From an uncultured bacterium (GTDB lineage: Bacteria; Verrucomicrobiota; Verrucomicrobiia; Limisphaerales; UBA8199), in contig CAVVMW010000021.1 in the NCBI GenBank assembly GCA_963749495.1, positions 672,001 through 736,000 of the forward strand: a stretch of 64,000 nucleotides of DNA, written 5' to 3'. Both the position numbers and the translations under genes were made by a program. Shown here piece by piece: positions 1 through 11,003 of this stretch; position 1 is the first letter of the stretch; the number at the start of each line of letters is the position of its first letter. The notes under the pieces are model-generated. The model did not search any database. It was not told where the DNA came from and saw nothing but the letters and a program-made list of their open reading frames with translations.

Positions 1-52
1 GACATGGGTCGCAGGTTGGGCGGTCGTTATTATTGCCGGGAGCGCCGTTGCT

Positions 53-556
53 GTGGCTCCCAGGTACGCCGATTCCTTTTACAGCGACAAGATCCTGATC
101 TGGCAGTTGATCTTCACCTTCTTCGTGGCGGCGGGAGCCTGCCTGTTGCAGCGACAGGCGGCTGTCGTTGAAGCCACCGCCGCTGAGCCCCAACGCCAGC
201 GGACGAAGGTCCAATCCTATGCGAGCGGCGTCGAGGTTCTATTGCCCAGAATTCGCAACCTCTCCGCCAAACAGCCCGCCAAAGCGACCCAAGTGGATCA
301 GCTTTGCCGGCGAGTGGACACCCTGCGGGTCCAGTTGCTCTCCAGCCTGCCGGTCGGCGAGCGGGCGGGGGGCAGGTTGGTGGACCCGCCGGCTCCCGAA
401 CTGGTCGAGGATCGCTTGCGTCAACTCCACGACCAAGTGGACCTCCTCTGCGGGGCCAACGCCGCCTCGATCAACTTGGAACTGGAAAAGACCCGGCAGG
501 CGGTGGACGCGGCGGTTGCCGCGCTGCGCCAGCGCCGCGATGCCGGACTGCGCTAA
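53..556 (+). CDS. Hypothetical membrane protein, probably 5'-partial
   Basis: Hydrophobic N-terminal segment then helical region; stop lies 19 nt before the next ATG. Confidence 0.55.
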   Translation: MAPRYADSFYSDKILIWQLIFTFFVAAGACLLQRQAAVVEATAAEPQRQRTKVQSYASGVEVLLPRIRNLSAKQPAKATQVDQLCRRVDTLRVQLLSSLPVGERAGGRLVDPPAPELVEDRLRQLHDQVDLLCGANAASINLELEKTRQAVDAAVAALRQRRDAGLR

Positions 557-575
557 ACACTCAACCCTGGAACTT

Positions 576-1571
576 ATGCCCTGGAAGGTCATTCAATACA
601 ACGATCCCACGGGGAAGGTGATGGTGGCGCGTGTGCCGCCCGACGGCACCGCGGAACTGGTTTCCGGCAGCCAACTGATCGTGCAGGAAGGCCAGCTTGC
701 CGTCTTCTTCCACGACGGCAAGCCCACGGACGGCTTCTGGCCGGGACGCTACGACCTCAGCACCGAGAACCTGCCCGTGCTCGGCAAACTGCTGAATCTG
801 GCTTCGCTCGGCCCAGCCCCATTCCGTTCCTACGTTTGCTTTGTTGCCCTCAAGACCTTCACCAACCTGGGCTGGGGCACCTCCAGCCCGGTTCTGTTCC
901 GCGACAGCGAATTCAAGATCGTCAACCTCCGCGCCCACGGCGCCTTCGCCATCAGGATCAAGGATCCCGAGGTGTTCCTCAGCACGATCCTGGGCACGCA
1001 GCACGTGGAAACCAGCCGGATGCTCGAGGATTACTTGCGCAAGATCATCGTCTCCCATCTCGCGCGCTTGCTGCCGGACATGCTGACCACCATCCTGGAC
1101 CTGCCGCGCTCGTATCAGGACCTCTCCACCCGGCTCAAGGAGGCGGTTCGAGACGAGTTTGCCCAGTACGGCGTCGAATTGGTGGACCTGTTGGTCGAAG
1201 CGATCACGTTGCCCCCGACCGTGCAGGAGGCCATCAATCGCGCCGCTGGAACCCGGGCCTTGGGCATGGAGGAACTCCAACGCTATGAGCGCGTGATCCG
1301 GTCGGATGCCCTGCTCGAATCATCCAAACAGCCCGGCGGCGCCGCAGCCCAGGCCCTCAGCGCCGGGCTGGGCATGGTCGCCGGCTCTCAGATGATGAAG
1401 GAAATCAGCCCCGCCGCGCCGGTTGGCCCCCCGCCCGCCCCCGCTCCACCCCAAGGGAACATCGATGTCGTTGAAAACAAGCTCCTCAAGTTAAAGCAAC
1501 TCCTCGACAAGGGCCTCATTACCGATGAGGACTTCCGTGAGCAGAAGAGAAGGCTCCTGGAGACGATCTGA
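576..1571 (+). CDS. SPFH/band-7 domain protein (YdjI-like) with C-terminal SHOCT
   Basis: GSQLIVQEGQLAVFF..GRYDLSTENLP and WGTSSPVLFRD motifs; C-terminal LKQLLDKGLITDEDFREQKRRLL. Confidence 0.85.
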   Translation: MPWKVIQYNDPTGKVMVARVPPDGTAELVSGSQLIVQEGQLAVFFHDGKPTDGFWPGRYDLSTENLPVLGKLLNLASLGPAPFRSYVCFVALKTFTNLGWGTSSPVLFRDSEFKIVNLRAHGAFAIRIKDPEVFLSTILGTQHVETSRMLEDYLRKIIVSHLARLLPDMLTTILDLPRSYQDLSTRLKEAVRDEFAQYGVELVDLLVEAITLPPTVQEAINRAAGTRALGMEELQRYERVIRSDALLESSKQPGGAAAQALSAGLGMVAGSQMMKEISPAAPVGPPPAPAPPQGNIDVVENKLLKLKQLLDKGLITDEDFREQKRRLLETI

Positions 1572-1591
1572 TCCGGGAGGAAAGTCAGCCT

Positions 1592-2011
1592 ATGGAAACT
1601 GACCTCGTTTGCCCAGGTTGTGCCTGCCGGCTCTCGGCCCCGGAAGGGGAGCCCGGAGGCCCGCTGGCCTGCCCCAAGTGCGGTACTTTGATCCCAGCGG
1701 TCCAGCCGCTCACGGACAGGACGGATGCCAGCGACCCCGGCGAGCCTTCACCGCCGAACGCCATTCAGGAACCCGGCGGTGAAGCCGACTTCGGCAGCGA
1801 GGGCCTCTTGCCGGACGCGTTCCCGCCGACCACAGCAAAGTCAAGGGCATGGCTGGCCGTGGTCGACGGCTGGTGCCACATCATGGCCGGCCAGGAAACC
1901 TGGGCCAGCGACAGGATGAAATACATTGACCGCAGCGGCCGTGTGGTTTGGCCCCGCGGACGCGTAGCGGCCAATACGTCCCAAACTCGAGAGAAGCGAG
2001 ATGACTTGTGA
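1592..2011 (+). CDS. Zinc-ribbon hypothetical protein
   Basis: CPGC...CPKC pair; AGGA upstream. Confidence 0.5.
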   Translation: METDLVCPGCACRLSAPEGEPGGPLACPKCGTLIPAVQPLTDRTDASDPGEPSPPNAIQEPGGEADFGSEGLLPDAFPPTTAKSRAWLAVVDGWCHIMAGQETWASDRMKYIDRSGRVVWPRGRVAANTSQTREKRDDL

Positions 2012-2136
2012 TCGCGGGAACGCCACCCATGATCAAAATGAGAAACCTGGTCGGCGCATGAATTCCTCACCTGCCACGATGGAAGTGAAAACGCCAGCAG
2101 ACAACCGGCTCCCGCCTTATGTGACTCGAGGCAGCG

Positions 2137-4696
2137 ATGCATTTGCACATCAGCGCTCGAACCAAGCGGCGCCAAGGCCTTTTGGCTGACGCCGTGCGAA
2201 ACAGGAGGCTGGTGACAGCAAACATACTGTCAACGCTAATAGTTCTTGCATTGTTTTGCCAGATGGAGCCGACGGGTGCACAACTGCCCTCCGCAAGCCA
2301 ACCCGCCCAGATCACGCAACTGGCCAGGACGGGAGAGCTTGTGTTTCATTGGATGAACCTCCAGGGTTTCTCGCCTCAGTCGCAGGCACCGGAGACATAC
2401 GAGGTTTATCTGTTCTTTCCACCCCCTTTTGATGTTGGTGCGGCGGAGAGCCAATGGTACGCGGCCGGCGGGGGGTTCTGCATTGCGGCCTCTGGCGCCG
2501 CTGTGCTCGCTCCCGACGGCCAGGTCGTTTCAGATCCGCTCCTCATTGGCCAAGTGCTCGAGCGCGCTTTGAACACCTGCGATCTGAAACTCGCCCAGCC
2601 CCTTAATCTCAGGCTCGATCCCCAAGAGATAAGCAGGGTGTTTGGCGACCGAGATAGTAACTTGATGATCCTCTACGAGAGGTTTGTTGACGTCATCACT
2701 CATCCAACAGAGTCTGAGACTGACAGGGCATTTCATAGTGCGTTTATGACCATCTTGCCTCCGCTTGCCCAGAATGCGGTTAAGTCGGCAAGCATCTTGA
2801 CCTCGTTGCCCCTGGCAGCCGAGAAGGCAATTTCCTCCAGGGAGGTTGACGTCCTCAACCAGACAATCGGCTTGGAGGTACAGGAACAGGGCATTCTGGG
2901 ATTATGTCGAAGGAAACTGGGACAAGTCGATTTCGGTGGCCGATGTGCAGTTTTGGCAGCAGCAGTCGCTGTTGGGGAAATTGAAGTCGGTCGGCGACAA
3001 GCTGGAATATGTCCCCGTTGCGGCCGCGGTAATCCGCTTGGCCTGCCAGAGCCAATCACTCGCGATCGAGAGTCCGGGATTGACAGGTGCGGCCGAACTC
3101 ATTGGCGCTGAAAACCCTGTGGCTGGCGTGCAACTGAAGCGCGCTGTTTCGAGTTCCACGGACATGTTGGGCAGCCTATTCCGTGAATTCGGGCAGGCCG
3201 GAGGAGAAATCGCGTGGAGCAAGGCGGAGAATTGGTCACAGCAGATGATATTCGAGCGGGTAACTCAAGCTGCCGCTCGCGGCGGGATCAGCCCGGGAAT
3301 CGCTGGCAGAGCCTTGACTACCTCCCTGATAGGATTTGAGGTGGCCCGGTATTTCTTCAACACTGCCGGTTTCCGGGAAGCACTAATGGCTGCCTCAGCA
3401 CTGGCGGATATCGAGAAGTGCTGTCGCACGGCCTACCAATCACGCCTGGATTGGGCTCGATCTATCAGCCGTCTATCGCCACCAGATGCCGCCGCAGTCG
3501 ACGCCATGGTATGGTTGCACCGCCTGCAGGCTCAGTCGGCCGCCGAGTTCCACCACGCGCTCGCCGAGGTTTTGGGGGACCAGAGCAACCTCCTAAACGT
3601 GTTGCACGAGCTGAAATTCACCGATGGGCAAATTGTTTACTCTGACGAGTATCAGCGGTACGTCAAGCGCCTTGGTGACTTTGCCCGTGCAGATGCTGCT
3701 GACGCTGCCCACTGCTGCCCAAGTGACGAGGAGCAGGACAAACTCTTCGTGCACCTTATGCGGGTTTACCGCCTTGATACCTCTCATAAGCCAGCAAATC
3801 AAGGCCAACTCAACGTCGTCTTCTGCATTGATACGACTGGCTCGATGGCCGACAACATTGCCGAGGTGAAGAAGAACTCCGTGGCGACGATCAACGCCAT
3901 CAGCGATTACTGCCAGCAGCAGAATATCAGCTTTCAAGTCGGCCTCGTCACCTTTCAGGATCACACTGACGCGGCGCAGTTCGCGGGCAAACCCGAGGCC
4001 GCTTGGCTGCGCGCCTGGCCTCTGACCCCAAACACCTCAACCGTGGTCAACAACATCCAGGCGATAACGATCAAGAACCTTGCCGTTGGCGGAGACTACC
4101 CGGAGGACCTCTACGCCGCGCTCATGTGCGCGATGAATGCCCGCGCCGATTGGCAGAACCAACCGGTGAGCATGGGCTGGCGAAAGGGGGCGGCCAAATT
4201 CCTTTTCCCCATTTCGGACGCCCCGCCCCACGAACCGGATTTCGAGGGGCGAACTCTACAGCAGGTAAGCGACCGCGCGGCCGCGCTTGACCCGGTGCAT
4301 TGCTATCCCCTGCTTCTGCCGAGACGCGGGCCGGAGTTCCTGGACCCGGCGGTAAGGGCCATGAAAAGGATTGCCGACGCCACGGGCGGGGAGGTGGTTC
4401 GCGTGCCAAGTGCCGAGAAACTCCCCCAGGCGATGGTCAATACGCTGAAACTCGCTGTGCGCCGCCATAAGGATGAGGTCTGGCGCAAGACGAATCCACC
4501 GCATCTTCTTTACAGTGCCGGTGTCGCCATGGCGCTTGTCTTCTTGGCGGGTATCCTTGCCGCGGCAGTCGCGTATCGCCGGCGCCTCTCGGCGCTGCAG
4601 GCGGCAACCTCAGCGGCCAGGAGCCAAATGGATCCGCGTTTAAGCGGGGAATCAGCGTTCAGTGCGAAGCGTCCTCCCCCGGACGCTCCGAAATGA
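2137..4696 (+). pseudogene. VWA-domain membrane-anchored protein, split by a frameshift near 2850-2900 (or assembly indel)
   Basis: ORF 2137-3111 overlaps ORF 2846-4696; MIDAS DTTGSM, GGDYPED, SDAPPH; C-terminal TM helix. Confidence 0.7.
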
Positions 4697-4741
4697 CACA
4701 CACACCGTTGGTTCAGGCCTCACCCAATCCACCTCCATGAT

Positions 4742-5431
4742 ATGATCGAGTTCATCTGCCCCACTTGCCAGGTTCTCCAGGCCGTCGAAGACGCAACGGC
4801 TGGACAGGTGGTAAAATGTGACAATTGCGGCACGGAATTATTGGTTCCGCGGAACGCAGGTTCCCAGGTTGCCATGGCGGCGCCGCTGTCCTCGGGCGAG
4901 ACGGTCGAGGTGACCTGCCCGGTTTGTCAGGTAACGCAGTACGTACCTAAAGACACCGCGGGCCAACCGGTCTCATGCTGTAATTGCGACTCGCCTCTCC
5001 CCCTGCCGCAGGCAGCGACACCGGCTCGCCCCGCCCGCCTTCCCAACCTTCCGCCTCTGCCCAATCTCCCAGCGGTGCCCGCAGCCGCCGTGGCCCTCTC
5101 CCAACCCGCCCCTACGCAGATCGTCGTGAATGTGGCCGCCCCGGCTGCGCCATCCGGCCTCATTCAAAAGCAAGTCAGCGGGGTGGTGGTGGGCCTGCTT
5201 TGGTGGTTTTTGTGCGGGGCCCAGTACATTTACATGGGACAGGTCGGCAAGGGCCTTTTGGCCATGGCCGTCTTTTTTACTTTGTGGTCGATAATGATTT
5301 TTACGTGCTTCATTACAGCCCCGCTCATATTGCTGTTATTGATTCCTCTCCAGTTTCTGTGCCTGATCGACACTATCCTGGTTTTCAACCGGCTGAAAAA
5401 GGGCCCCATCTCCGCGTGGAGGTGCTTCTAG
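4742..5431 (+). CDS. Double zinc-ribbon protein with TM2-like membrane domain
   Basis: Four CxxC motifs, Pro-rich linker, GAQYIYMGQVGKG motif, TM helices. Confidence 0.75.
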   Translation: MIEFICPTCQVLQAVEDATAGQVVKCDNCGTELLVPRNAGSQVAMAAPLSSGETVEVTCPVCQVTQYVPKDTAGQPVSCCNCDSPLPLPQAATPARPARLPNLPPLPNLPAVPAAAVALSQPAPTQIVVNVAAPAAPSGLIQKQVSGVVVGLLWWFLCGAQYIYMGQVGKGLLAMAVFFTLWSIMIFTCFITAPLILLLLIPLQFLCLIDTILVFNRLKKGPISAWRCF

Positions 5432-5441
5432 GGAGGGTCGG

Positions 5442-5906
5442 GTGCGCCCCTGGAGCCAGCTTCAAGTGCTCGGCGCGAGTCTGTTCCCGGTGCCGTCGCG
5501 CCTGAACCGTCAGGTCCATGGCCTGGCGGCGCTGGCGATGCTGGCGGTCTTGGGCGGAGCGGCATGCTTGACGCCCGACCCTTGCGGCAAGGGAACGCAT
5601 CGCCAGTTGGGATTGCCGCCGTGCCTGGTGTGTCGCGTGACCGGCAAGGAGCGTTGTCCCTCCTGCGGGCTGACCACCGCCTTTGCGCACGCGGTGCGCG
5701 GACATTTTGGCGCCGCCGGACGCTGCAATCCGGCCGGAATGCCACTTTTCGCCCTGTGCCTGGCCTTGCTGCTCTATAGCGCCGCGATCGCTGTGACCGG
5801 CAAGAACTGGGTTGGGGCCGAGCTGCTGGTCGTGATGGCGCTGGAACTTGCAGCGCTGGGCTTGTGGGTGCACGCCTTCTTGAATCCGAACCTGAACTTA
5901 ATATGA
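5442..5906 (+). CDS. DUF2752-like membrane protein
   Basis: LGLPPC...CPSCGLTTAF motif followed by TM helices. Confidence 0.75.
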   Translation: MRPWSQLQVLGASLFPVPSRLNRQVHGLAALAMLAVLGGAACLTPDPCGKGTHRQLGLPPCLVCRVTGKERCPSCGLTTAFAHAVRGHFGAAGRCNPAGMPLFALCLALLLYSAAIAVTGKNWVGAELLVVMALELAALGLWVHAFLNPNLNLI

Positions 5907-6730
5907 AACAGTATTACTATGTCGATCAAGCCCGCCAGCCACAGGGGCCGTGCACCGTGGAAGCGTTGAGGGCACTGGAACAGGCCGGCGCCATCACCGC
6001 AGCGACCATGATAGCGTCCGAAGGCGATGCGACCTGGAAACCCTGGGCGGAACTCAAAGCGGCCGCGGACGGAGCAAGAGCCGTCCCCTCATCGGCCGGT
6101 TCAGTGAGCCCCAGAGAAAGCCCTTCGCCAGTCATGGGCGGCTCGTCGGTCGAGGTCGGGGAGGTAGCCAGGGAGGCGATTGATTCTTTGAAAAGGATCG
6201 GGGCGCATCCGGGGGACGGCCTGGCCGCGGTCTGCCAGTCGCTCGACAACATGAAGGCATTGGGCATCGGCGCCGCTTTGGCCGCAGTGAACCTTTTTTG
6301 CCTCTTGGGCTCCGTCCTGATTGAGACGAATTTCTCCATTCAGATTGCACTCACTTTTAAGCATTTTGCGCTTGGGCTTCTGCCAGTTGCGATCCTGACC
6401 GGGCTTTTGGCATTGGCCCGGACCATTTCTCGTGGCGCGGGACAACTCGGAACCGACTGCCTGATCGCCGGCATCGCTCTGTTGCCGCTGAGTCTGGCCG
6501 TCCTGCTCCAAGCGATTCTCGGCCGCACGGTGCAAGAGATTGCCCTCGCCGTGAATCTGTGCGCCCTCTGTCTGACCATCCTCCTCCTCTACACTGGCAG
6601 CCAGAGAGTCGCCAGGCTATCGGAGCGCGCAGCGATGCTCGCAGTGCCGGCTATGCTCTGTGTGCTGTGCTTCCTGCTGAAGGGGTTGCTTGGATTCCAG
6701 GGGGCACACCTCATGCCCTCGCTCCCGTAA
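5903..6730 (+). CDS. GYF_2 (DUF4339) domain membrane protein
   Basis: MKQYYYVDQARQPQGPC..GAITAAT..EGDATWKPW followed by several TM helices. Confidence 0.75.
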   Translation: MKQYYYVDQARQPQGPCTVEALRALEQAGAITAATMIASEGDATWKPWAELKAAADGARAVPSSAGSVSPRESPSPVMGGSSVEVGEVAREAIDSLKRIGAHPGDGLAAVCQSLDNMKALGIGAALAAVNLFCLLGSVLIETNFSIQIALTFKHFALGLLPVAILTGLLALARTISRGAGQLGTDCLIAGIALLPLSLAVLLQAILGRTVQEIALAVNLCALCLTILLLYTGSQRVARLSERAAMLAVPAMLCVLCFLLKGLLGFQGAHLMPSLP

Positions 6731-7361
6731 TGCCCTTGGATTTCGACGCCCCGCCCGAGGGACAAACGGGACTGGTGCTTGCAAGATCCACCAAGTGGTA
6801 ATGGAAGGCGAGGAGTGGGAGGTGCATGCTCCAGAGGATTGCCAGCCAGAATGGGCCACCAGAGGCCCCGTCCAGACGTATTCGCTTTAACCCTGGCACA
6901 CTCACGCCGGTCTTGGAATCCAGCTCCAGAATAAATCAAATCTACACCCGCGGATCCACCGGCTCGCTTTCCAGCGCCAGCACGTCAAATCCAGTGAGGT
7001 GGGCTTTCCTCTTGGACATTCCTCGGCGCGATGCGCCAGTACCGCGTGACGTCCGCATCCCGCACGAGGGCCCGGCAGTGCTTGATGATTAACGGCAGTC
7101 AAACCAAGATGCGCTGTGTCGGTGCGGCGGACACGGCGCAAGCAAGGAATTCCCTAGCGGCGCCAAGGAACCTCTTAGTCGCGGCCAGACCTTGCGGGAC
7201 GTAACAGTACCCCGTGCATATTTTTCACGGACTAACGACACTTCCCTTGTGGGCCAGCAATCCGCCGCCGCAGTCGGCAACGTCGGCGTGGGACCCCAGC
7301 GACCCTTCGGCCGGCGTGACAAGTCATTGCATTTGCCACGGCGTGAGAGCGCGGCGAGTCT

Positions 7362-7640
7362 GTGCATGAAGCACGTGTTCCCAGCAGGTCGGGCCGTGTG
7401 GCCGGGAGCATCGTCCTCGCCCTCGCCCTCGCCGCGGTTGCGTCATTTCTTTCTGCATCCGCCCAGGGACAGAGCGTCACGTTGGGCTGGGTTCCCAGCA
7501 CCGATACGGATGTGGTCGGCTACAATGTGTATTACGGCGGGGCTACCCGGACTTATACGAACACGGCTGCGGTCGGCTGCGTAACCAACGCTACCATCTC
7601 GGGCCTGCTTCGTGGGGCCGATTACTTTTTCGCCGCCGTC
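7362..7640 (+). pseudogene. 5' fragment of a secreted fibronectin type III protein
   Basis: Signal peptide then SVTLGW..DVVGYNVYYG..ATISGL..YFFAA; homology stops near 7640. Confidence 0.65.
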
Positions 7641-8096
7641 GCCGGAATAGCCTGCCATCCCGGTGCCCGCCACGGTCGTGATAATCCCGTTGGCTCCCAC
7701 CTTGCGGATGCGCTGATTGAGGAAATCCGGAATGAACAGGCTGCCGGTTGCACCCACAGCCACGCCAAGCGGATAGAACAATTCAGCCTCCGTGGCCGCG
7801 GCGCCGTCGCCGGAGTAGCCCGCTGTTCCGTTGCCCGCCACCGTGGAGATGACGCCGTATGGAAGGTTCGCGCCGTTGAATTGCCACCGATACGTCAAAG
7901 GACCGGGGCCGGAGGCTGCCACCGAAAAGGTGGCGGTGTTGCCGCCCAGCACGACCTGGTTGGTCGGCTGCGCCAGGATTTCAGGGACTTGGGCTTGAGC
8001 CACGGAGAAGTCCGCGGCCAGGACCCAGAGCCAGGCGCAAAGCAGAGCATCACGCGGCGAGTGGGGCACAGTTTGGAGCGAAAAATTGACTTTCAC
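7636..8096 (-). pseudogene. 5' fragment of an Ig-like plus NHL-repeat secreted protein
   Basis: QPTNQVV..ATFSV..LTYRWQFNG and VAGNGTAGYSGDG repeats; truncated at a junction with the FN3 fragment. Confidence 0.65.
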
Positions 8097-8106
8097 AAGC
8101 TTGGGG

Positions 8107-10581
8107 TTATCGGACTTGGCCGCGGTAGAACTGGGCGCCCTGGGGCGGGTTGGGGCTGACAAAATAATTCGTCCCGCCATCGAGGATACAGGTGCCGACA
8201 AACTGCCACTGGGATAAATCTGGCGAAGACTCGATGTCCACGGCCAGGCCGGGAAGACCGGTGATCCCAAAACCGAACTGGCCGGCGCTCAGGCTCGGCG
8301 GCTGCAGGTTCGGCGCCGGCACTGAGCTGGCGGGAATTCCTTTCAGGATCGTGTCGTCGTAGGTGTTCGCCACATAGACGTTGCCCGCGCTATCCACCGC
8401 CACGCCGTTAGGAGTATTAAACTGCGCGGCGCTCCCCGTCCCGTCCGCGTTGCCACCACTGACCGGCGACCCCGCCAGCGTCGTGACTGCCCAGTTCCCT
8501 CCGGCCGGCGTTACTTTCCGGATCGTGTTGTTCCCGGAGTCCGCCACATAGACGTTGGTTGCGCTGTCCACCGCCACGCCCTGAGGATAATTAAACCGCG
8601 CGGCGCTGTTCGTGCCGTCCGCGCTGCCAGAAGTGCCCGACGCTCCCGCCAGGATCGTCACCACGCCCGCCGGTGTCACCTTCCGGATTGTGTGACTGTA
8701 ATAGTCCGCCACATAGACGTTGCCATTGGTGTCCACCGCCACCCCGGTAGGACCACTAAACTGCGTGGACAGCGTCGTCACCACGCCCGCGGACGTCACT
8801 TTGCGGATCGCTGCGTTGGCAGTGTCCGCCACATAGACGTTGCCATTGGTGTCCACCGCCACGCCGTTAGGATAATCAAACTGTGCGCTCGTCTGCGTCC
8901 CGTTCACGAAGCCAGGATTGCCCGCCTTTCCGGCCAGCGTCGTCACGACCCAATTCGTTCCAACCGGCGTCACTTTGCGGAGCATGTGGTTGCCCCAATC
9001 CGCCACATAGACGTTGCCCGCGGCGTCCACCGCCGGGCCACAAGGACCATTAAACCTCGCGGCGCTGTTCGTCCCGTCCGCCCTGCCAGGACTGCCCGCC
9101 AATCCGGCCAGGGTCGTTACCACCCCAGCGGGCGTGATCTTGCGAATCGTGTCGTTGCTAAAGTCCGCCACATAGACGTTGGTTGCGCTGTCCACCGCCA
9201 CGCCGATAGGAGTATTAAACCGCGCGACGCTCCCCGTCCCGTCCCCGCTGCCAGTTACGCCCGTCGGCAGTCCTGCCAGGGTCGTCACCACCCAATTCGC
9301 TCCGGCCGGCGTCACTTCCCGGACTGTGAAGTTGTAAGCGTCCGCCACATAGACGTTACCCCTGCTATCCAGCGCGACGCCCTCCGGATAATCAAACTGC
9401 GCGGCGCTCCTCGTGCCGTCATTGGTGCCAGAATTGCCCGCCAGCCCAGCAATGGTCGTCACCTCCCAACTCGCTCCGACCGGCGTCAATTTACGGATCG
9501 TGAAGTTGTAAGTGTCCGATACATAGACGTTGGTCGCGCTGTCCACCACCACGTGTTTAGGATAGTCAAAACGCGCGGCGCTCCCCGTCCCGTCATTCGT
9601 GCCAGAATAGCCCGCCAGCCCGGCAATGGTCGTCACCTCCCAACTCGCTCCGGCTGGCGTCAATTTACGGATCGTGTCGTTGACCGTGTCCGCTACATAG
9701 AGGTTGCCCGCGCCGTCCAGCGCCACGCCCCGAGGATAATTAAACCCCGTGGCAATGGTCGTCACCACTCCCGCCGGTGTCACTTTCCGGATCGTGGAGT
9801 TGAATTTGTCCGCCACATAGACGTTGCCCGCTCCGTCCACCGCCACGCCCATAGGATGATTAAACTCCGCGTTCGTCCCCGTCCCGTTCGCGCTGCCAGA
9901 AATGCCCGCCCGTCCGGCCATGGTGGTCACCACCCAATTCGTTCCGACAGGTGTTATTTTGCGGATCGTAGAGTTGCCGGTGTCCGCCACATAGAGGTTG
10001 CCTGCGCTGTCCAGTGCCAGGTCTTCCGGATCATTGAACCGCGCGGCGTTCCCCGTCCCGTCCGCGCTGCCATAACTGCCCGCCAGTCCGGCCAGCGTGG
10101 TCACCACCCAATTCGCTCCGACCGGCGTCACTTTGCGGATCGTCGAGTTGCCTGAGTCCGTCACATAGACGCTGCCATTGGTGTCCACCGCCACGTCGGA
10201 AGGATAATTGATCCGGGCGGCGCTATTCGTCCCGTCCGCGGTGCCGTAGCTGTGCCCGGCGAGGGTGGTGAAGGTGTAAGGAGTGGCATAATTGGCCTGG
10301 CCCAGGACCGCCAGTGGCAGGCCTGCGGCCAGGGCCGAGAGCCACACGCAAAGCACAGAATCACGCAGCGCGTGGCGCGCCGTCTGGAGCCAAGAGCCGG
10401 CCTTTATAATGGCAGACGGCTGCCCCTCCCAGTGGCCGGGCGGCCCCGCCAGGGGAAAAGAGTTTGCTTTTTGGCGCCGCCCCCGGCCGGGCAGAATCCG
10501 GACTTGGCCCGAACCCGGCTCCTGCGGCAGGCGGCTGCCGGACACGCCGTCGGCGAGGAATTCTATTTTAATCTTCATCAT
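8107..10581 (-). CDS. Secreted NHL-repeat beta-propeller protein with C-terminal FYR domain
   Basis: About 12 P.GVAVD..GNVYVAD..N.TIRK repeats; start uncertain. Confidence 0.9.
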   Translation of the reverse strand: MMKIKIEFLADGVSGSRLPQEPGSGQVRILPGRGRRQKANSFPLAGPPGHWEGQPSAIIKAGSWLQTARHALRDSVLCVWLSALAAGLPLAVLGQANYATPYTFTTLAGHSYGTADGTNSAARINYPSDVAVDTNGSVYVTDSGNSTIRKVTPVGANWVVTTLAGLAGSYGSADGTGNAARFNDPEDLALDSAGNLYVADTGNSTIRKITPVGTNWVVTTMAGRAGISGSANGTGTNAEFNHPMGVAVDGAGNVYVADKFNSTIRKVTPAGVVTTIATGFNYPRGVALDGAGNLYVADTVNDTIRKLTPAGASWEVTTIAGLAGYSGTNDGTGSAARFDYPKHVVVDSATNVYVSDTYNFTIRKLTPVGASWEVTTIAGLAGNSGTNDGTRSAAQFDYPEGVALDSRGNVYVADAYNFTVREVTPAGANWVVTTLAGLPTGVTGSGDGTGSVARFNTPIGVAVDSATNVYVADFSNDTIRKITPAGVVTTLAGLAGSPGRADGTNSAARFNGPCGPAVDAAGNVYVADWGNHMLRKVTPVGTNWVVTTLAGKAGNPGFVNGTQTSAQFDYPNGVAVDTNGNVYVADTANAAIRKVTSAGVVTTLSTQFSGPTGVAVDTNGNVYVADYYSHTIRKVTPAGVVTILAGASGTSGSADGTNSAARFNYPQGVAVDSATNVYVADSGNNTIRKVTPAGGNWAVTTLAGSPVSGGNADGTGSAAQFNTPNGVAVDSAGNVYVANTYDDTILKGIPASSVPAPNLQPPSLSAGQFGFGITGLPGLAVDIESSPDLSQWQFVGTCILDGGTNYFVSPNPPQGAQFYRGQVR

Positions 10582-10634
10582 CTTCTTACTTTCTTATTGT
10601 TATGCTCTTGTTTTCTTATTCAGACGGTCTTACG

Positions 10635-10915
10635 AGCCTCTCGATGCCCGTCCAGAAACGCCGCCCGTTCGCCGGGGACGGCCTTTCCAGCGCCGCGGGG
10701 AAAATCTCCCGCTCGCCATCCAACGATGGATCGGAATTCGCGCCCATAAAATCGCTTCATGTAGAGAAGCGGAATTCCTAAACCATTCCCGCCAAGTTTT
10801 TTTGGAGACGGTGGCAGAATTAACCGCAGAGAACGCAGAGATCACAAAGAAACGCCTCAATTCCCTCGGCTTTTGCGTTCTTTGTGTTCTTTGCGGTTAA
10901 TTCCGCAACCTGCTC
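10635..10915 (-). repeat. Decayed duplicate of the kinase 5' end and its upstream region, plus a 9-mer-repeat hairpin
   Basis: Near-identical to 14990-15143 and 20335-20530; hairpin ttaaccgcagagaacgcagag...gttctttgcggttaa. Confidence 0.8.
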
Positions 10916-11003
10916 TTAGGAGCCGCCGGCCTGGCTCTGCTCGCGCAGCCGTGTTTATCCGTGTCCATCCGTGGTTCAAAAACCTGAACTGCCGGATTCA
11001 GGT

